From Candidatus Bathyarchaeota archaeon (lineage in GTDB: Archaea; Thermoproteota; Bathyarchaeia; 40CM-2-53-6; RBG-13-38-9), in assembly GCA_963807605.1 (NCBI GenBank), contig CAWECG010000005.1, positions 1-64,000 on the forward strand: DNA of 64,000 bases, in the 5' to 3' direction. This document shows positions 50,714 through 60,359 of this stretch, piece after piece. The position numbers and the translations under genes are program-made. Every line of letters starts with the position of its first letter. Within the stretch, counting starts at the first letter, position 1. Below the pieces are notes generated by a model. The model searched no databases, had not been told where the DNA came from, and saw only the letters and a list, made by a program, of their open reading frames with translations.

Positions 50714-51601
50714 ATGATAGAAACGCTCATAAATTGTTTGCATTACGATCGGTGCCGAATAATGTCGCTAGAGAAAAAAGTTTGTTTGATTACTGGTGCT
50801 GGAAGAGGAATTGGGGGTAGCATAGCCATAGCGTTTGCGCAGCAAGGCGCAACTCTTGCCCTGTGCTCCAGAACCCTTGAGGAAGTCGAGAGGGTTGCAC
50901 AACGGACTAGGGCGATTGGCAGCTTCACAATGGCCTTCAGAACTGACGTGTCTGATTTTGATCAGATCTCAGAAACCGTATCAGAGATTGTCTCCCGTCT
51001 TGGGAAGATCGATGTCTTGATAAACAACGCTGGAATCTATGGGCCAATAGGCCCGATATGGAGAAACGACATAACTCAATGGAAAGAAACAATTGAGACC
51101 AATCTGTTTGGAACAGCACACTGCATCAAAGCAGTCGTTCCACACATGATCCGAGCTCGAAAGGGTAAGATCATCAACATCGCAGGCGGGGGGGAGGGGG
51201 CCTTCCCTAGATTCAGTTCCTACGCGTGTTCGAAGAGCGCGGTGGTAAGACTAACTGAGACTTTGGCAGATGAACTAAAGGAATTCGATATACAGGTTAA
51301 TGCAATTGCACCTGGCGCAGTAAACACAAGATTCCTGGATCAAATCTTGAAGGCGGGAGAAGACGCAGGAGCTCATTATGAGAAAGCCAAAAAACAGAAG
51401 GCTACTGGAGGTGTGCCGCCAGAAAAAACGGCCGATCTCGCGGTTTACCTAGCATCCAATGCTTCAAAGGATTTGACGGGCAGATTACTCAGTGCTGTTT
51501 GGGACAGTTGGCAGAAACTTGACATTGCCAAGATAGAAGGTACAGCCCTTTATCAAGTCCGGCGAATAGATGGAGTTCGATTCTTTGAGTCGAAAGGATA
51601 A
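50714..51601 (+). CDS. Classical SDR oxidoreductase (start probably 50763)
   Basis: TGAGRGIG, NNAG, YACSK, VNAIAPG. Confidence 0.92.
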   Translation: MIETLINCLHYDRCRIMSLEKKVCLITGAGRGIGGSIAIAFAQQGATLALCSRTLEEVERVAQRTRAIGSFTMAFRTDVSDFDQISETVSEIVSRLGKIDVLINNAGIYGPIGPIWRNDITQWKETIETNLFGTAHCIKAVVPHMIRARKGKIINIAGGGEGAFPRFSSYACSKSAVVRLTETLADELKEFDIQVNAIAPGAVNTRFLDQILKAGEDAGAHYEKAKKQKATGGVPPEKTADLAVYLASNASKDLTGRLLSAVWDSWQKLDIAKIEGTALYQVRRIDGVRFFESKG

Positions 51602-51706
51602 GCTTGAGAACTGAACTCCTAAAGGCGTGGAGTCTAGCACGTGTATGAAGTGATCGCCAAGTTCATCACAATCTGAAAATGATTCCGCATATACGAAGTT
51701 AAAATT

Positions 51707-52672
51707 TCAAATCGTCTGTTTCTTTGACGAGCACGCTTTCGCAATGTCTTTCGTCCAGTTGATCGTACGTTTAATCGCATCTTCAGATGAGATCTTAGGT
51801 TTCCATCCAAGTTTCTTTATCCGCTCCAGATCAAGTTCAACTACTGGGTTATCACCAATCCAACCACGCGACCCGCCAACATATTTTCTCTTGACATCTT
51901 TCAGCCCCATTTCTGAGATAACTAGATCTGCAACTCTGTCAACAATAGTCTGCTCTTCCATGCCAAGATTGAATGTATTGGCTTCATTCGAGGACTCCTG
52001 ATAGCCGAGCATTATTCCATTTACGCAGTCGCTAACATACAGATACTCTTTGCTCTGCTTTCCATCGCCCAAGATCTCAAGTTTGTTTGGATCCTCGAGC
52101 AGCTTGTGGACAAGGTCCCAGACGACTCCCCTACGACATCTTTCACCAACAACATTAGCAAATCTGAAGGCCCATAATCTAATCTGCGAGAATTCTGTGT
52201 AAGCTTGAGCGTAGGCTTCACATGCCAATTTAGAGGCACCGTAGAGAGAGGTCTGAACAGGAGAATAATCTTCAGGCGTAGGTCTAATTGTCGCCTCGCC
52301 GTAAATTGCAGAACTCGATGCAAACACTAGATCGCTGACACTATTCTTGATCATCGCCTCGAGAATATTTATCGTTCCGATTAGATTGTTCTCTAAGTCA
52401 GACATATGATCAGATAGACTCTCTCTTATATTCGCGTGAGCAGCCATGTGGAAAACTACGTCATTTCCTGCGATGAGTTTCTCAATCTTTTCTGCGGCCC
52501 TGATATCGACATTGTGAATAGTCAAGCGAGGATTGCCTGAGTGTTGCGCTAGGTTTTCATAACATCCACAAGTCATGTTATCCAGAACTGTAACTGAGAA
52601 TCCATCATCGAGGAGTCGATCAACCAAGTGGCTTCCTATGAAGCCCGCGCCACCTGTAACAATTGCCTTCAT
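51707..52672 (-). CDS. NAD-dependent nucleotide-sugar epimerase
   Basis: TGGAGFIGSH, SSSAIYG, YGASK, RFANVVG, GDGKQSKEY, RGWIGD. Confidence 0.92.
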   Translation of the reverse strand: MKAIVTGGAGFIGSHLVDRLLDDGFSVTVLDNMTCGCYENLAQHSGNPRLTIHNVDIRAAEKIEKLIAGNDVVFHMAAHANIRESLSDHMSDLENNLIGTINILEAMIKNSVSDLVFASSSAIYGEATIRPTPEDYSPVQTSLYGASKLACEAYAQAYTEFSQIRLWAFRFANVVGERCRRGVVWDLVHKLLEDPNKLEILGDGKQSKEYLYVSDCVNGIMLGYQESSNEANTFNLGMEEQTIVDRVADLVISEMGLKDVKRKYVGGSRGWIGDNPVVELDLERIKKLGWKPKISSEDAIKRTINWTKDIAKACSSKKQTI

Positions 52673-52745
52673 AAAACCTCAGTATCCGCAGGCTAACATT
52701 ATGATGACTGTATCCTAGAACATTTCTGTGAGCATGCAGGTGCAA

Positions 52746-53804
52746 TCAGACTAGCGATACTACGCAGTTTTTTCTGGCAGAGTCGTACAAGGCGGATGCC
52801 AATTTCTGCGACTCTAAACCATCCAAACCGTTCCCCAACGGTTCCCGGTTTTCCTTTATCGCAGTTGTGAACTCCTTCCATTCCTCGAACCAGGATTTGT
52901 CCTCGCCACGAAATTCGATTTTTTCTTCTCTGAACGGTTCAACAAATGACCTTTTCCCGAGAACTATCTGCTCGACGCCGTAGCTTCCGCCAAGCCCCTT
53001 AACCTCGATATACCCCTCCTTTCCGAAGATCTCAAAGGAGAATAAGTTTCTCCATTGCGTCCAACTCACGTGAAAAGACGCCGTCTTTCCTGTCTTCGTG
53101 CGCAGTAGACCAAATGCATTGTCCTCGACTGGAGCTATGTCCCAGTATGCCGTACTAGTAAAGCATGCAGCCTGAGAGAAATCTCCAGCGAACCATCGGA
53201 GAAGATCCAATATATGAATACCTTGGTCCAGAAGCTCACCGCCCCCTGACAACTCACACTTCGCTCTCCATTCTTTGTCGTAGTCAGGTCGACCACACAT
53301 TCCATACCTACAGCGAAGAAAGATGATGTCACCAACAAGTCCTTCGTTGACCCATTTTCTTGCTTGCTGTATGCTCGGGTGGTGGCGCAGTGTAAATCCA
53401 CATTTGAGCTTTGACCCACTTCCGCTAGCCGCATCCACGATCGCCTTTGCCTCCTCCAGGTTTCTGGCTAGAGGTTTCTCGCAGAGGACATGTTTTCTCC
53501 TCTTCAGGGCTGCGATGCTTATCGGTGCATGAAGACTGTTGGGGGTACAGACAATTATTGCCTCCAAATCCTTCCTCGCGACAGCATCTTCCCAATTGTT
53601 CATCGCTTCGCATCCTACGTCATGAGCAAGATTTCTCGCCGCATCTAAGTCATTGTCAACGACGACAACAAGTTCTGTCTCATAATGTGCCTTGACTGCT
53701 TGCGCTCGGCGCCTGCCTTGGCGGCCAGCACCAATCAACCCAACCTTCATATCATGATTTCCTTCCAACATATTGCTACAGTCATTCCGTTGTCTACGGA
53801 GCAA
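52746..53804 (-). CDS. Gfo/Idh/MocA family oxidoreductase (start probably near 53750)
   Basis: VGLIGAG, VCTPNSLH, HVLCEKP, GGGELLDQGIH, VEDNA. Confidence 0.92.
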   Translation of the reverse strand: MLRRQRNDCSNMLEGNHDMKVGLIGAGRQGRRRAQAVKAHYETELVVVVDNDLDAARNLAHDVGCEAMNNWEDAVARKDLEAIIVCTPNSLHAPISIAALKRRKHVLCEKPLARNLEEAKAIVDAASGSGSKLKCGFTLRHHPSIQQARKWVNEGLVGDIIFLRCRYGMCGRPDYDKEWRAKCELSGGGELLDQGIHILDLLRWFAGDFSQAACFTSTAYWDIAPVEDNAFGLLRTKTGKTASFHVSWTQWRNLFSFEIFGKEGYIEVKGLGGSYGVEQIVLGKRSFVEPFREEKIEFRGEDKSWFEEWKEFTTAIKENREPLGNGLDGLESQKLASALYDSARKNCVVSLV

Positions 53805-53885
53805 TACCTGAAAACACGTACCCCTTATGAAAATGTTCTTATAATTCCCGCCAGTGGTCTATTGATTCGATCTTGCGTGTCTTGA

Positions 53886-56075
53886 ATGATAATTTCTAGG
53901 AGTCCTGTGCGGCTTCCCCTAGGAGGCGGTGGCACTGATCTCGCATCCTATTACTCCAAGTTCGGAGGGTTCTTCGTCAGTGCAGCTATAGACAAGCATA
54001 ATTACCTAGCTGTAAAAGACAGATTCGAGAATGGCTTCAGGGTCAGCTACTCTACAACTGAGATCACAGACAACGTTGATAGCATTAAGCAGCCGTTAGT
54101 TAGGGAAGCACTGAAGTTACTCAACATCAATGATTCCTTAGAGATAGTCTCCATAGCCGATGTTCCAGGCCGCTCCGGTTTGGGCGGCTCCAGCAGCTAC
54201 ACCGTGGGTGTCTTGAATGCATTGCATGCTTTCAAGAGAGAGAATGTTTCACGTCAAACACTTGCCGAGGAAGCCTGCCACATAGAGATAGACTTACTAA
54301 AGGAGTCCATTGGAAAGCAGGATCAGTATGTTGCTTCCTTTGGTGGAATCAACTCCTATGAGATTGAAAGGGACGGCACTGTGAACGTGAGGCCTTTGGC
54401 CATCTCGTCTCACGGTACAGCTGAGCTAGAGAACAATCTCCTACTATTCTACACAGGGATCAAGAGAGATGCCTCACAGATACTCGGACGCCAGAAACAA
54501 GATCAAGAGAAAGGCGACAAACGAGTCATTGACACTATGCATGAGATCAAGAGGATCGGGTACCAAGTCCGAGATTCTTTGGCAAACGGAGACATACGAA
54601 ACTTCGGTGAGTTGCTCGACCTCCATTGGCGCACGAAGAAGAACCTGTCAGAGCAGATCAGCAATAGTCGTATTGACCAACTGTATGAACTCGCGATGCG
54701 GAACGGTGCCATAGGCGGAAAGGTTTGCTTTTCTCCTGAAACAATGATCAAGACAGAAGACGGTTACAAGCCGGTCAAGGAGGTAAGGGAAGGGGATAGA
54801 GTTTGCGACCATCGAAACGTGGCTCAGCGTGTGTTGCGGGTCTTCAAGAGGCATCACAAAGGCGTAATGCTAGAGTTCACGGTCAAGGGGCTCGACAACA
54901 AGATCGGAGTCACGCCAGAGCATCCGATATTCACAACTATGAAGCATCCAGGGAATCAGCGCGAGGGCAGAAAGATCGTCAACCTGCCAATCTTCAGAGA
55001 AGCGAGAGACTTCCGGAAGGGAGATGTTTTTCTGATTCCGATTGACGATACCGCAGCTGATTTGGAATACGTCGATTTCGAAACAGTCATCGAACCATCC
55101 AAATTCAGCAACAATGACATTTACGAGAACATTCCCAGGAAACTCAAGGTGGGATGGGATTTGCTAAATTTGCTGGGCTGGTACATCGCTGAAGGATCCA
55201 GAAGCAGAAAAGAGTTCTTCCTGACATTGAATGGGAAGGAGATGCCTATCGCCGAGGAGATCTTGGAGAATATCAGTCAATTATTCTCTAAAGAGGCAGT
55301 CATCGCGGCGGCCAACGGAGCTGCCAGCTCGATAATCGTTCGATGTTCCTCAATAGTTCTGAGCCAGTTCTTCGACGATTTGTGCGGTTCTGGGGCTACC
55401 AATAAGCATCTCCCGAACTTCGTTATGAAGCTACCACTTGAAAAGCAGTTCATTATGTTGCGGGCCTTGTGGCGAGGAGACGGGTGCCTGCGAACTGTGT
55501 TCGACAAAAGGTACGGTGGCAGATCTCCTGTTTGCAACTTCAAGACTGTTTCGTTCACGCTTGCCAAACAAGTTCAGCAGTTGTGTCTCAGACTGGGATA
55601 TCTGTGTAGCATCAGAAGCGAGCAATCACGGGAATGTTACATAGCCAATAACAGGAAGCCCTCCAAAACGAGCATCATGTACAATGTGACCTTGCATGGT
55701 GACGATGCTGCCGCTTTCATCGAATCAATAAGCAGAGGTTCGCCCGTCCCAGTAAGCAGAAGCAACCAGAAGCATGTCTCCCAGAAGAAGGAGTTTGTTG
55801 AGATTGACGGAATAAGATACGCTAAACGGACCGTCTTGAAGATTGAGGAGAAGAATTACGAAGGCGACGTCTTTAACCTAGACGTAGAGAATAGTCATAC
55901 GTACGTAGCCGAAGACGTGGCCGTGCACAATTGCGGCGCGGGGGGCGGGGGCTTCTTCATGTTCTACGTTGAGAACAACAAGGAGAAGCTTCGTAATGTC
56001 ATGGCGAGGGAAGGATTGAAAGAGTTAAGGTTCAGGTTTGACTTTGATGGGTCAAAGACCCTACTGAATCTGTAG
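53886..56075 (+). CDS. hddA: D-glycero-D-manno-heptose-7-phosphate kinase-like GHMP kinase containing an intein
   Basis: SRSPVRLPLGGGGTD, PGRSGLGGSS, IGKQDQY and GGKV|intein|CGAGGGG. The spliced protein would be 327 aa. Confidence 0.85.
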   Translation: MIISRSPVRLPLGGGGTDLASYYSKFGGFFVSAAIDKHNYLAVKDRFENGFRVSYSTTEITDNVDSIKQPLVREALKLLNINDSLEIVSIADVPGRSGLGGSSSYTVGVLNALHAFKRENVSRQTLAEEACHIEIDLLKESIGKQDQYVASFGGINSYEIERDGTVNVRPLAISSHGTAELENNLLLFYTGIKRDASQILGRQKQDQEKGDKRVIDTMHEIKRIGYQVRDSLANGDIRNFGELLDLHWRTKKNLSEQISNSRIDQLYELAMRNGAIGGKVCFSPETMIKTEDGYKPVKEVREGDRVCDHRNVAQRVLRVFKRHHKGVMLEFTVKGLDNKIGVTPEHPIFTTMKHPGNQREGRKIVNLPIFREARDFRKGDVFLIPIDDTAADLEYVDFETVIEPSKFSNNDIYENIPRKLKVGWDLLNLLGWYIAEGSRSRKEFFLTLNGKEMPIAEEILENISQLFSKEAVIAAANGAASSIIVRCSSIVLSQFFDDLCGSGATNKHLPNFVMKLPLEKQFIMLRALWRGDGCLRTVFDKRYGGRSPVCNFKTVSFTLAKQVQQLCLRLGYLCSIRSEQSRECYIANNRKPSKTSIMYNVTLHGDDAAAFIESISRGSPVPVSRSNQKHVSQKKEFVEIDGIRYAKRTVLKIEEKNYEGDVFNLDVENSHTYVAEDVAVHNCGAGGGGFFMFYVENNKEKLRNVMAREGLKELRFRFDFDGSKTLLNL
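54726..55931 (+). mobile_element. 402-aa intein with LAGLIDADG homing endonuclease
   Basis: N-terminus CFSPETMI, block B VTPEHPI, LLGWYIAEGS and LRALWRGDG, block F VFNLDVENSHTY, C-terminal VHN followed by Cys+1. Confidence 0.95.
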
Positions 56076-56094
56076 ACTTTGGAGCTGTTATGGT

Positions 56095-56694
56095 TTGAGC
56101 AATGAAGCTTTTGTGAGGAGGTTCCTAGCTGAATTTGCTGAGGTCGCTGAGCGCTTCCCAGTAGACGACATAGACAAGGCCATCGAACTACTCTTTGACG
56201 CCTGGAAGAATGAAGGCAAGGTCTTCATAATAGGTAATGGCGGTTCAGCCTCTACAGCCACCCACTTCGCCTGTGACCTCGCAAAGACCACCATTGTCGA
56301 GGGAAAGAAGCGATTCAAGGTCATCAGTCTAACAGATAATGTACCGCTGATCACAGCCCTGATGAATGATGAGGGCCCAGCAAGCATCTTCATAGAGCAG
56401 CTGAGAAACCTGCTGACAGAAGGCGACGTCGTCGTTGCGATCAGCGTCCACGGTGGGTCAGGTCAGGACAAGGCAGGCCCCTGGTCACAGAACCTACTCG
56501 CAGCACTACAATACGCGAAAGACAGCGGCGCGAGGACTATCGGTTTGGCGGGTTTCGACGGGGGCGCCTTCAAGAAGATGGCGGACGTCTGCATAGTCGT
56601 TCCGGCAGATTCGACACCATACGTTGAGTCCTGGCATGCAACCCTTGAGCACCTAATATCGAGCTGCCTTAAGGAGAAAATCCAGAAGACTTGA
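56095..56694 (+). CDS. gmhA: Phosphoheptose isomerase (SIS domain)
   Basis: IGNGGSASTATHFACD, TALMND, GDVVVAIS, VESWH. Confidence 0.85.
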   Translation: MSNEAFVRRFLAEFAEVAERFPVDDIDKAIELLFDAWKNEGKVFIIGNGGSASTATHFACDLAKTTIVEGKKRFKVISLTDNVPLITALMNDEGPASIFIEQLRNLLTEGDVVVAISVHGGSGQDKAGPWSQNLLAALQYAKDSGARTIGLAGFDGGAFKKMADVCIVVPADSTPYVESWHATLEHLISSCLKEKIQKT

Positions 56695-57275
56695 ATCGAG
56701 GAGTCCTTCTCGACCGTGACGGTGTAATAAACGAGCTCGTCTATCTCCCCGAGCTGGGCATAGTGGATTCACCGCTTAACCCAGAGCAGTTCAGGCTTCA
56801 GCCTGGCGCTGCCCAAGCCATCAAGACTCTTAATGATCTGGGTTTCAGGGTTGCTGTAGTCTCGAATCAGCCTGGGATCGCGAAAGGCAAGATGACCCTG
56901 AAACTCTTCGAGGAGATCACGCTGAAGATGAAGAGAGAACTGGAGCGTGAAGGAGCACACTTGGACGCTGAATACTACTGCCTTCACCATCCAGACGCTG
57001 TCAAGGATGAGTACAGGGTCAACTGTGACTGCAGAAAACCCAAACCTGGACTCCTCCTAAAGGCCACATCCGAACTTAACCTGAACCCCTCAAGTTCATA
57101 TGTGGTGGGCGACAACCTGACCGATATCAAAGCAGCCAAAGCTGCAGGGTACAACACTATCCTAATTGGAACGATGAGATGCGATCTCTGTAGGATTATG
57201 GATGAAGAAGATGCCCACCCAGACTTTGTAGTTAACAGCTTAATCAAGGCGGTTGAGATAATTCGCAGAAATTAA
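56691..57275 (+). CDS. gmhB: D,D-heptose-1,7-bisphosphate phosphatase (HAD IIIA)
   Basis: LDRDGVIN, SNQPG, CLHHP...CDCRKPKPG, VGD...DI. Confidence 0.9.
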   Translation: MNRGVLLDRDGVINELVYLPELGIVDSPLNPEQFRLQPGAAQAIKTLNDLGFRVAVVSNQPGIAKGKMTLKLFEEITLKMKRELEREGAHLDAEYYCLHHPDAVKDEYRVNCDCRKPKPGLLLKATSELNLNPSSSYVVGDNLTDIKAAKAAGYNTILIGTMRCDLCRIMDEEDAHPDFVVNSLIKAVEIIRRN

Positions 57276-57316
57276 GTGTGCGTCGACGACAGATCACACC
57301 ATGACTTGACTAGGCT

Positions 57317-58252
57317 ATGGACACCTTACACAGACGTAGTCACCGAGAGACCTCAATTCTTGTGACAGGTGCTGCCGGCTTCTTGGGCCAGCACCTTGTG
57401 GCGAGGCTCAGGCAGATGAGGCGTAGAGTTGTGGCTACGGATCTGCTGGCCGGCGGCAAGGTGATTCCTCTGGATTTACTAGACAAGGGCGTCGTAGATG
57501 AAGCCTTAAAGACGGCAGCGCCCGAGATTGTTGTGCATCTGGCTGCTAAGGTGAGCAATGATGAGAGTCTTGAAAAGCCATACGACTTCTATGTCAACAA
57601 TCTTTTAGGAACTCTAAATGTTTGTGACGCTGCGGCGCGCTGCGACGTGAAGAAGATCGTGTACCTTTCGAGCTCAGCGGTCTATGGGAACGTTGGAGAC
57701 GCGGATCTTCCCATCACTGAAGAAACTACAGTCAACCCGATCACACCGTACGCTGCAGGCAAATTATGTGGGGAGATACTGGTTAAGGAATACGCAAGCC
57801 GGACAGACATGAAACCCGTGATATTTAGGCCAACAAACATCTACGGGCCGAAGCAGACAGAGATGAGCACGATTCAGAAGTTCATAGATAGCGCGATCAG
57901 GGGAGTGCCTATCGAACTTTATGGTGATGGAAGTCATACGCGAGAGTTCGTATTTGTTGAAGACGCCATTGACGCGATCATGGCAGCGATAGATGCTAAT
58001 GAACTGAGCTTTGACAAGTTTGTCATATCCACCGGTGAGCCCATTAAATTGAGTAACCTCGCAAAAATGATCTCTGAAAAGGTTGGCGGCGCATCCGTGC
58101 GTTATGTAGAGGCTTCAAGGCCGATGTTATCTCAGAGATTTGACGTTTCAAGAGCGCAGACATGCTTGAGGTGGAGACCGGGAGTGTCGCTGGAAGATGG
58201 GCTGGCTCGGACCATTGAATGGCGGAGAGAGATCTCACCTAGTCAAACATGA
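57317..58252 (+). CDS. NAD-dependent nucleotide-sugar epimerase/dehydratase
   Basis: TGAAGFLG, SSSAVYG, YAAGK, NIYGP. Confidence 0.88.
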   Translation: MDTLHRRSHRETSILVTGAAGFLGQHLVARLRQMRRRVVATDLLAGGKVIPLDLLDKGVVDEALKTAAPEIVVHLAAKVSNDESLEKPYDFYVNNLLGTLNVCDAAARCDVKKIVYLSSSAVYGNVGDADLPITEETTVNPITPYAAGKLCGEILVKEYASRTDMKPVIFRPTNIYGPKQTEMSTIQKFIDSAIRGVPIELYGDGSHTREFVFVEDAIDAIMAAIDANELSFDKFVISTGEPIKLSNLAKMISEKVGGASVRYVEASRPMLSQRFDVSRAQTCLRWRPGVSLEDGLARTIEWRREISPSQT

Positions 58253-58407
58253 GGATTCGCTTCCAGGATGCGCCGCCCGTTCGCCTCTCTCGAGGGAAAT
58301 TTTTCGATCTCAACGATCTACACTTAAGCCACTCATTCTTGGCCATCTTGACGAGAGAAGCAAGTCGAGCACGTGTTGGAGTTACTGGGTCAATGGCGCC
58401 GGTCGTG

Positions 58408-59289
58408 CTATGTTCCAAATAGCTCCTGACGACTTCGGTACCCGGGCAGGACAGAAGGGCCTATCCTGTTGGGCCTCATCGAAGTATTCCATTTACCCTC
58501 TCCATCATATTTAGAGAGCGTGTTGGAATCGAGTATGAAAAACTGAGGATTCTCTTTGAAGTGGTCGTGGTGATAATTCCAGCCTCTCGCGCGGAGTTCC
58601 GGAGCGTATCGGGGTAGCCTCTCCCCGAAGACTCTGCGCAGGCCCTGCTCTGGTGATCTAAATCTGTAATGTCTCATTACGAATTTCTGAGGGTACACCT
58701 TTGCTTTGATCGAACTGGGGAATACTGGGTAGTGCCCTGCTGCCTCGCTGTCTGATACTTCTGGAGAGTATTTCCACGCCTTGTATCTGTAATCATCACT
58801 CCAGCTGTAATAGAGAAGCCTACTTCGAATATCAGGTTCACTCCTGAAAAAGGGAAGGTTCTTCAGAATACTAGGTTTGACGCTTTCGCGATCCTTCTCC
58901 GTAAGATAAAACTCGAAATTATCAAATTGGATAATGTTGAATCCACGTCTGTCCACTTCAGCTATCGCGTCAGACAGCTTCATTCCTGCGTCTTGTGCCT
59001 CGAGAAACTCGTCAGCGTCATTGCGCAAGATCCAATCAGGAGTGTACCTGCTAGCCATCTCATTCAGGCAAGCCAAGTCCAAATTCGGCCAACTGAAATC
59101 ACGAACTATTACTCTGTGTTCCAGCAGCCCTCTATTCGCGTATCTCTTGGCAATCTCCACCGAGCCGTCTTGGGAGCCCCCATCTACGATCACAAAAAAG
59201 ATCCCTTGTTTGTGAAGGTGGTTAAGGACCTGGCCAAGAATATCGGCCTCATTGTAAACACGCATCCCGGCGATTACGCGAACTGCCAA
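58408..59289 (-). CDS. GT2-like glycosyltransferase (Glyco_tranf_2_4 type)
   Basis: YNEADIL, VDGGSQDGS, DADEF, HYRFRS. Confidence 0.85.
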   Translation of the reverse strand: MAVRVIAGMRVYNEADILGQVLNHLHKQGIFFVIVDGGSQDGSVEIAKRYANRGLLEHRVIVRDFSWPNLDLACLNEMASRYTPDWILRNDADEFLEAQDAGMKLSDAIAEVDRRGFNIIQFDNFEFYLTEKDRESVKPSILKNLPFFRSEPDIRSRLLYYSWSDDYRYKAWKYSPEVSDSEAAGHYPVFPSSIKAKVYPQKFVMRHYRFRSPEQGLRRVFGERLPRYAPELRARGWNYHHDHFKENPQFFILDSNTLSKYDGEGKWNTSMRPNRIGPSVLPGYRSRQELFGT

Positions 59290-59550
59290 CGGCTATCCCT
59301 TAGTTATGTAACACGTGCTTTTCTATCTCTCTGCACGCAGCGTCATCTATCGATTCAATAAATCCTATGATGCCCCCATATACTCTGGGAAAAAATTGCA
59401 CAAAAAAGCTTACTGACGACACCGCCCTTGATTCTACGTCACCATCCAACATCCAGCGAACATTTTGTAAGCCATACTTAAGGCTCTCCATTGTAAGAGT
59501 TTTCAAACCTCTGTGTGAAATTAAGCAAACCGTATTCTAGAATCCGGAGG

Positions 59551-59615
59551 AACACCACAATCCTTATCGGAATGATGAAATGTGACCTCTTCAGAATGAT
59601 GAGAGAGGCGCATGC
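59551..59615 (+). pseudogene. Remnant of the 3' end of a second gmhB copy
   Basis: Encodes NTTILIGMMKCDLFRMM versus NTILIGTMRCDLCRIM in 56691-57275. Confidence 0.6.
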
Positions 59616-59634
59616 TTGGCAAAGGTGAATCATA

Positions 59635-60309
59635 ATGGAGATATTTCTAGACACCGCCAACATCAATGAGATCAAAGATATTCTCCCTTGGGGCATTATC
59701 AGCGGAATAACGACCAACCAGAAGATCTTCTGCAACGAGAAGGGCTGCAACTTCAAGGGACGCACACTCGAGATACTATCACTCTTCAACGGTCCTCTCA
59801 GCGTTGAACTGACGAAGACCGGCGGGACAGATAGGGACCTGATCGACGAAGCCGCAGCATACTCAAAATGGAACCCAAAGAATATCACGATTAAAGTACC
59901 CATGTTCAGCAACGGCAGAGGCCTCAAGATCGTCTCCCAACTTCACAAACGAAGAGTAAAGACTAACATGACCGCCCTCATGTCCACAAACCAGGTCATG
60001 TTGGCCGCCAAGGCAGGCGCCACCTACGCAAGCATATTCTACAACAGAGTCAAAGATGCGGGTGAAGATGCGGATCGGGTTGTCAGGGAATCGCGGGCTC
60101 TCCTTGACAGAATGAACACCAAAACCAAGATAATCGTCGGGAGCATCCGCAAACCCGAAGATGTCACCCAAGCAGCAATAGCCGGCGCACACATAGTCAC
60201 CATACCCTACAAGATCCTAGTGCAGATGCCCTTCCACAAGAAGACTGAGGAAACAATAGTTGAATTCGACCGAGCATGGCAAGAGTTCAAGCAGGCTGAA
60301 AAGAAGTAA
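59635..60309 (+). CDS. tal: Transaldolase (short TalC/FSA-type family)
   Basis: IFLDTAN, GITTN, PLSVE (Glu), IKVP (Schiff-base Lys), TYASIF (Phe), GSIR. Glu and Phe favour transaldolase over FSA. Confidence 0.85.
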   Translation: MEIFLDTANINEIKDILPWGIISGITTNQKIFCNEKGCNFKGRTLEILSLFNGPLSVELTKTGGTDRDLIDEAAAYSKWNPKNITIKVPMFSNGRGLKIVSQLHKRRVKTNMTALMSTNQVMLAAKAGATYASIFYNRVKDAGEDADRVVRESRALLDRMNTKTKIIVGSIRKPEDVTQAAIAGAHIVTIPYKILVQMPFHKKTEETIVEFDRAWQEFKQAEKK

Positions 60310-60359
60310 TAGCCGCCATAAACTGTCCTGTGCCATCTCAATAGAAGGATTATAGGAAA

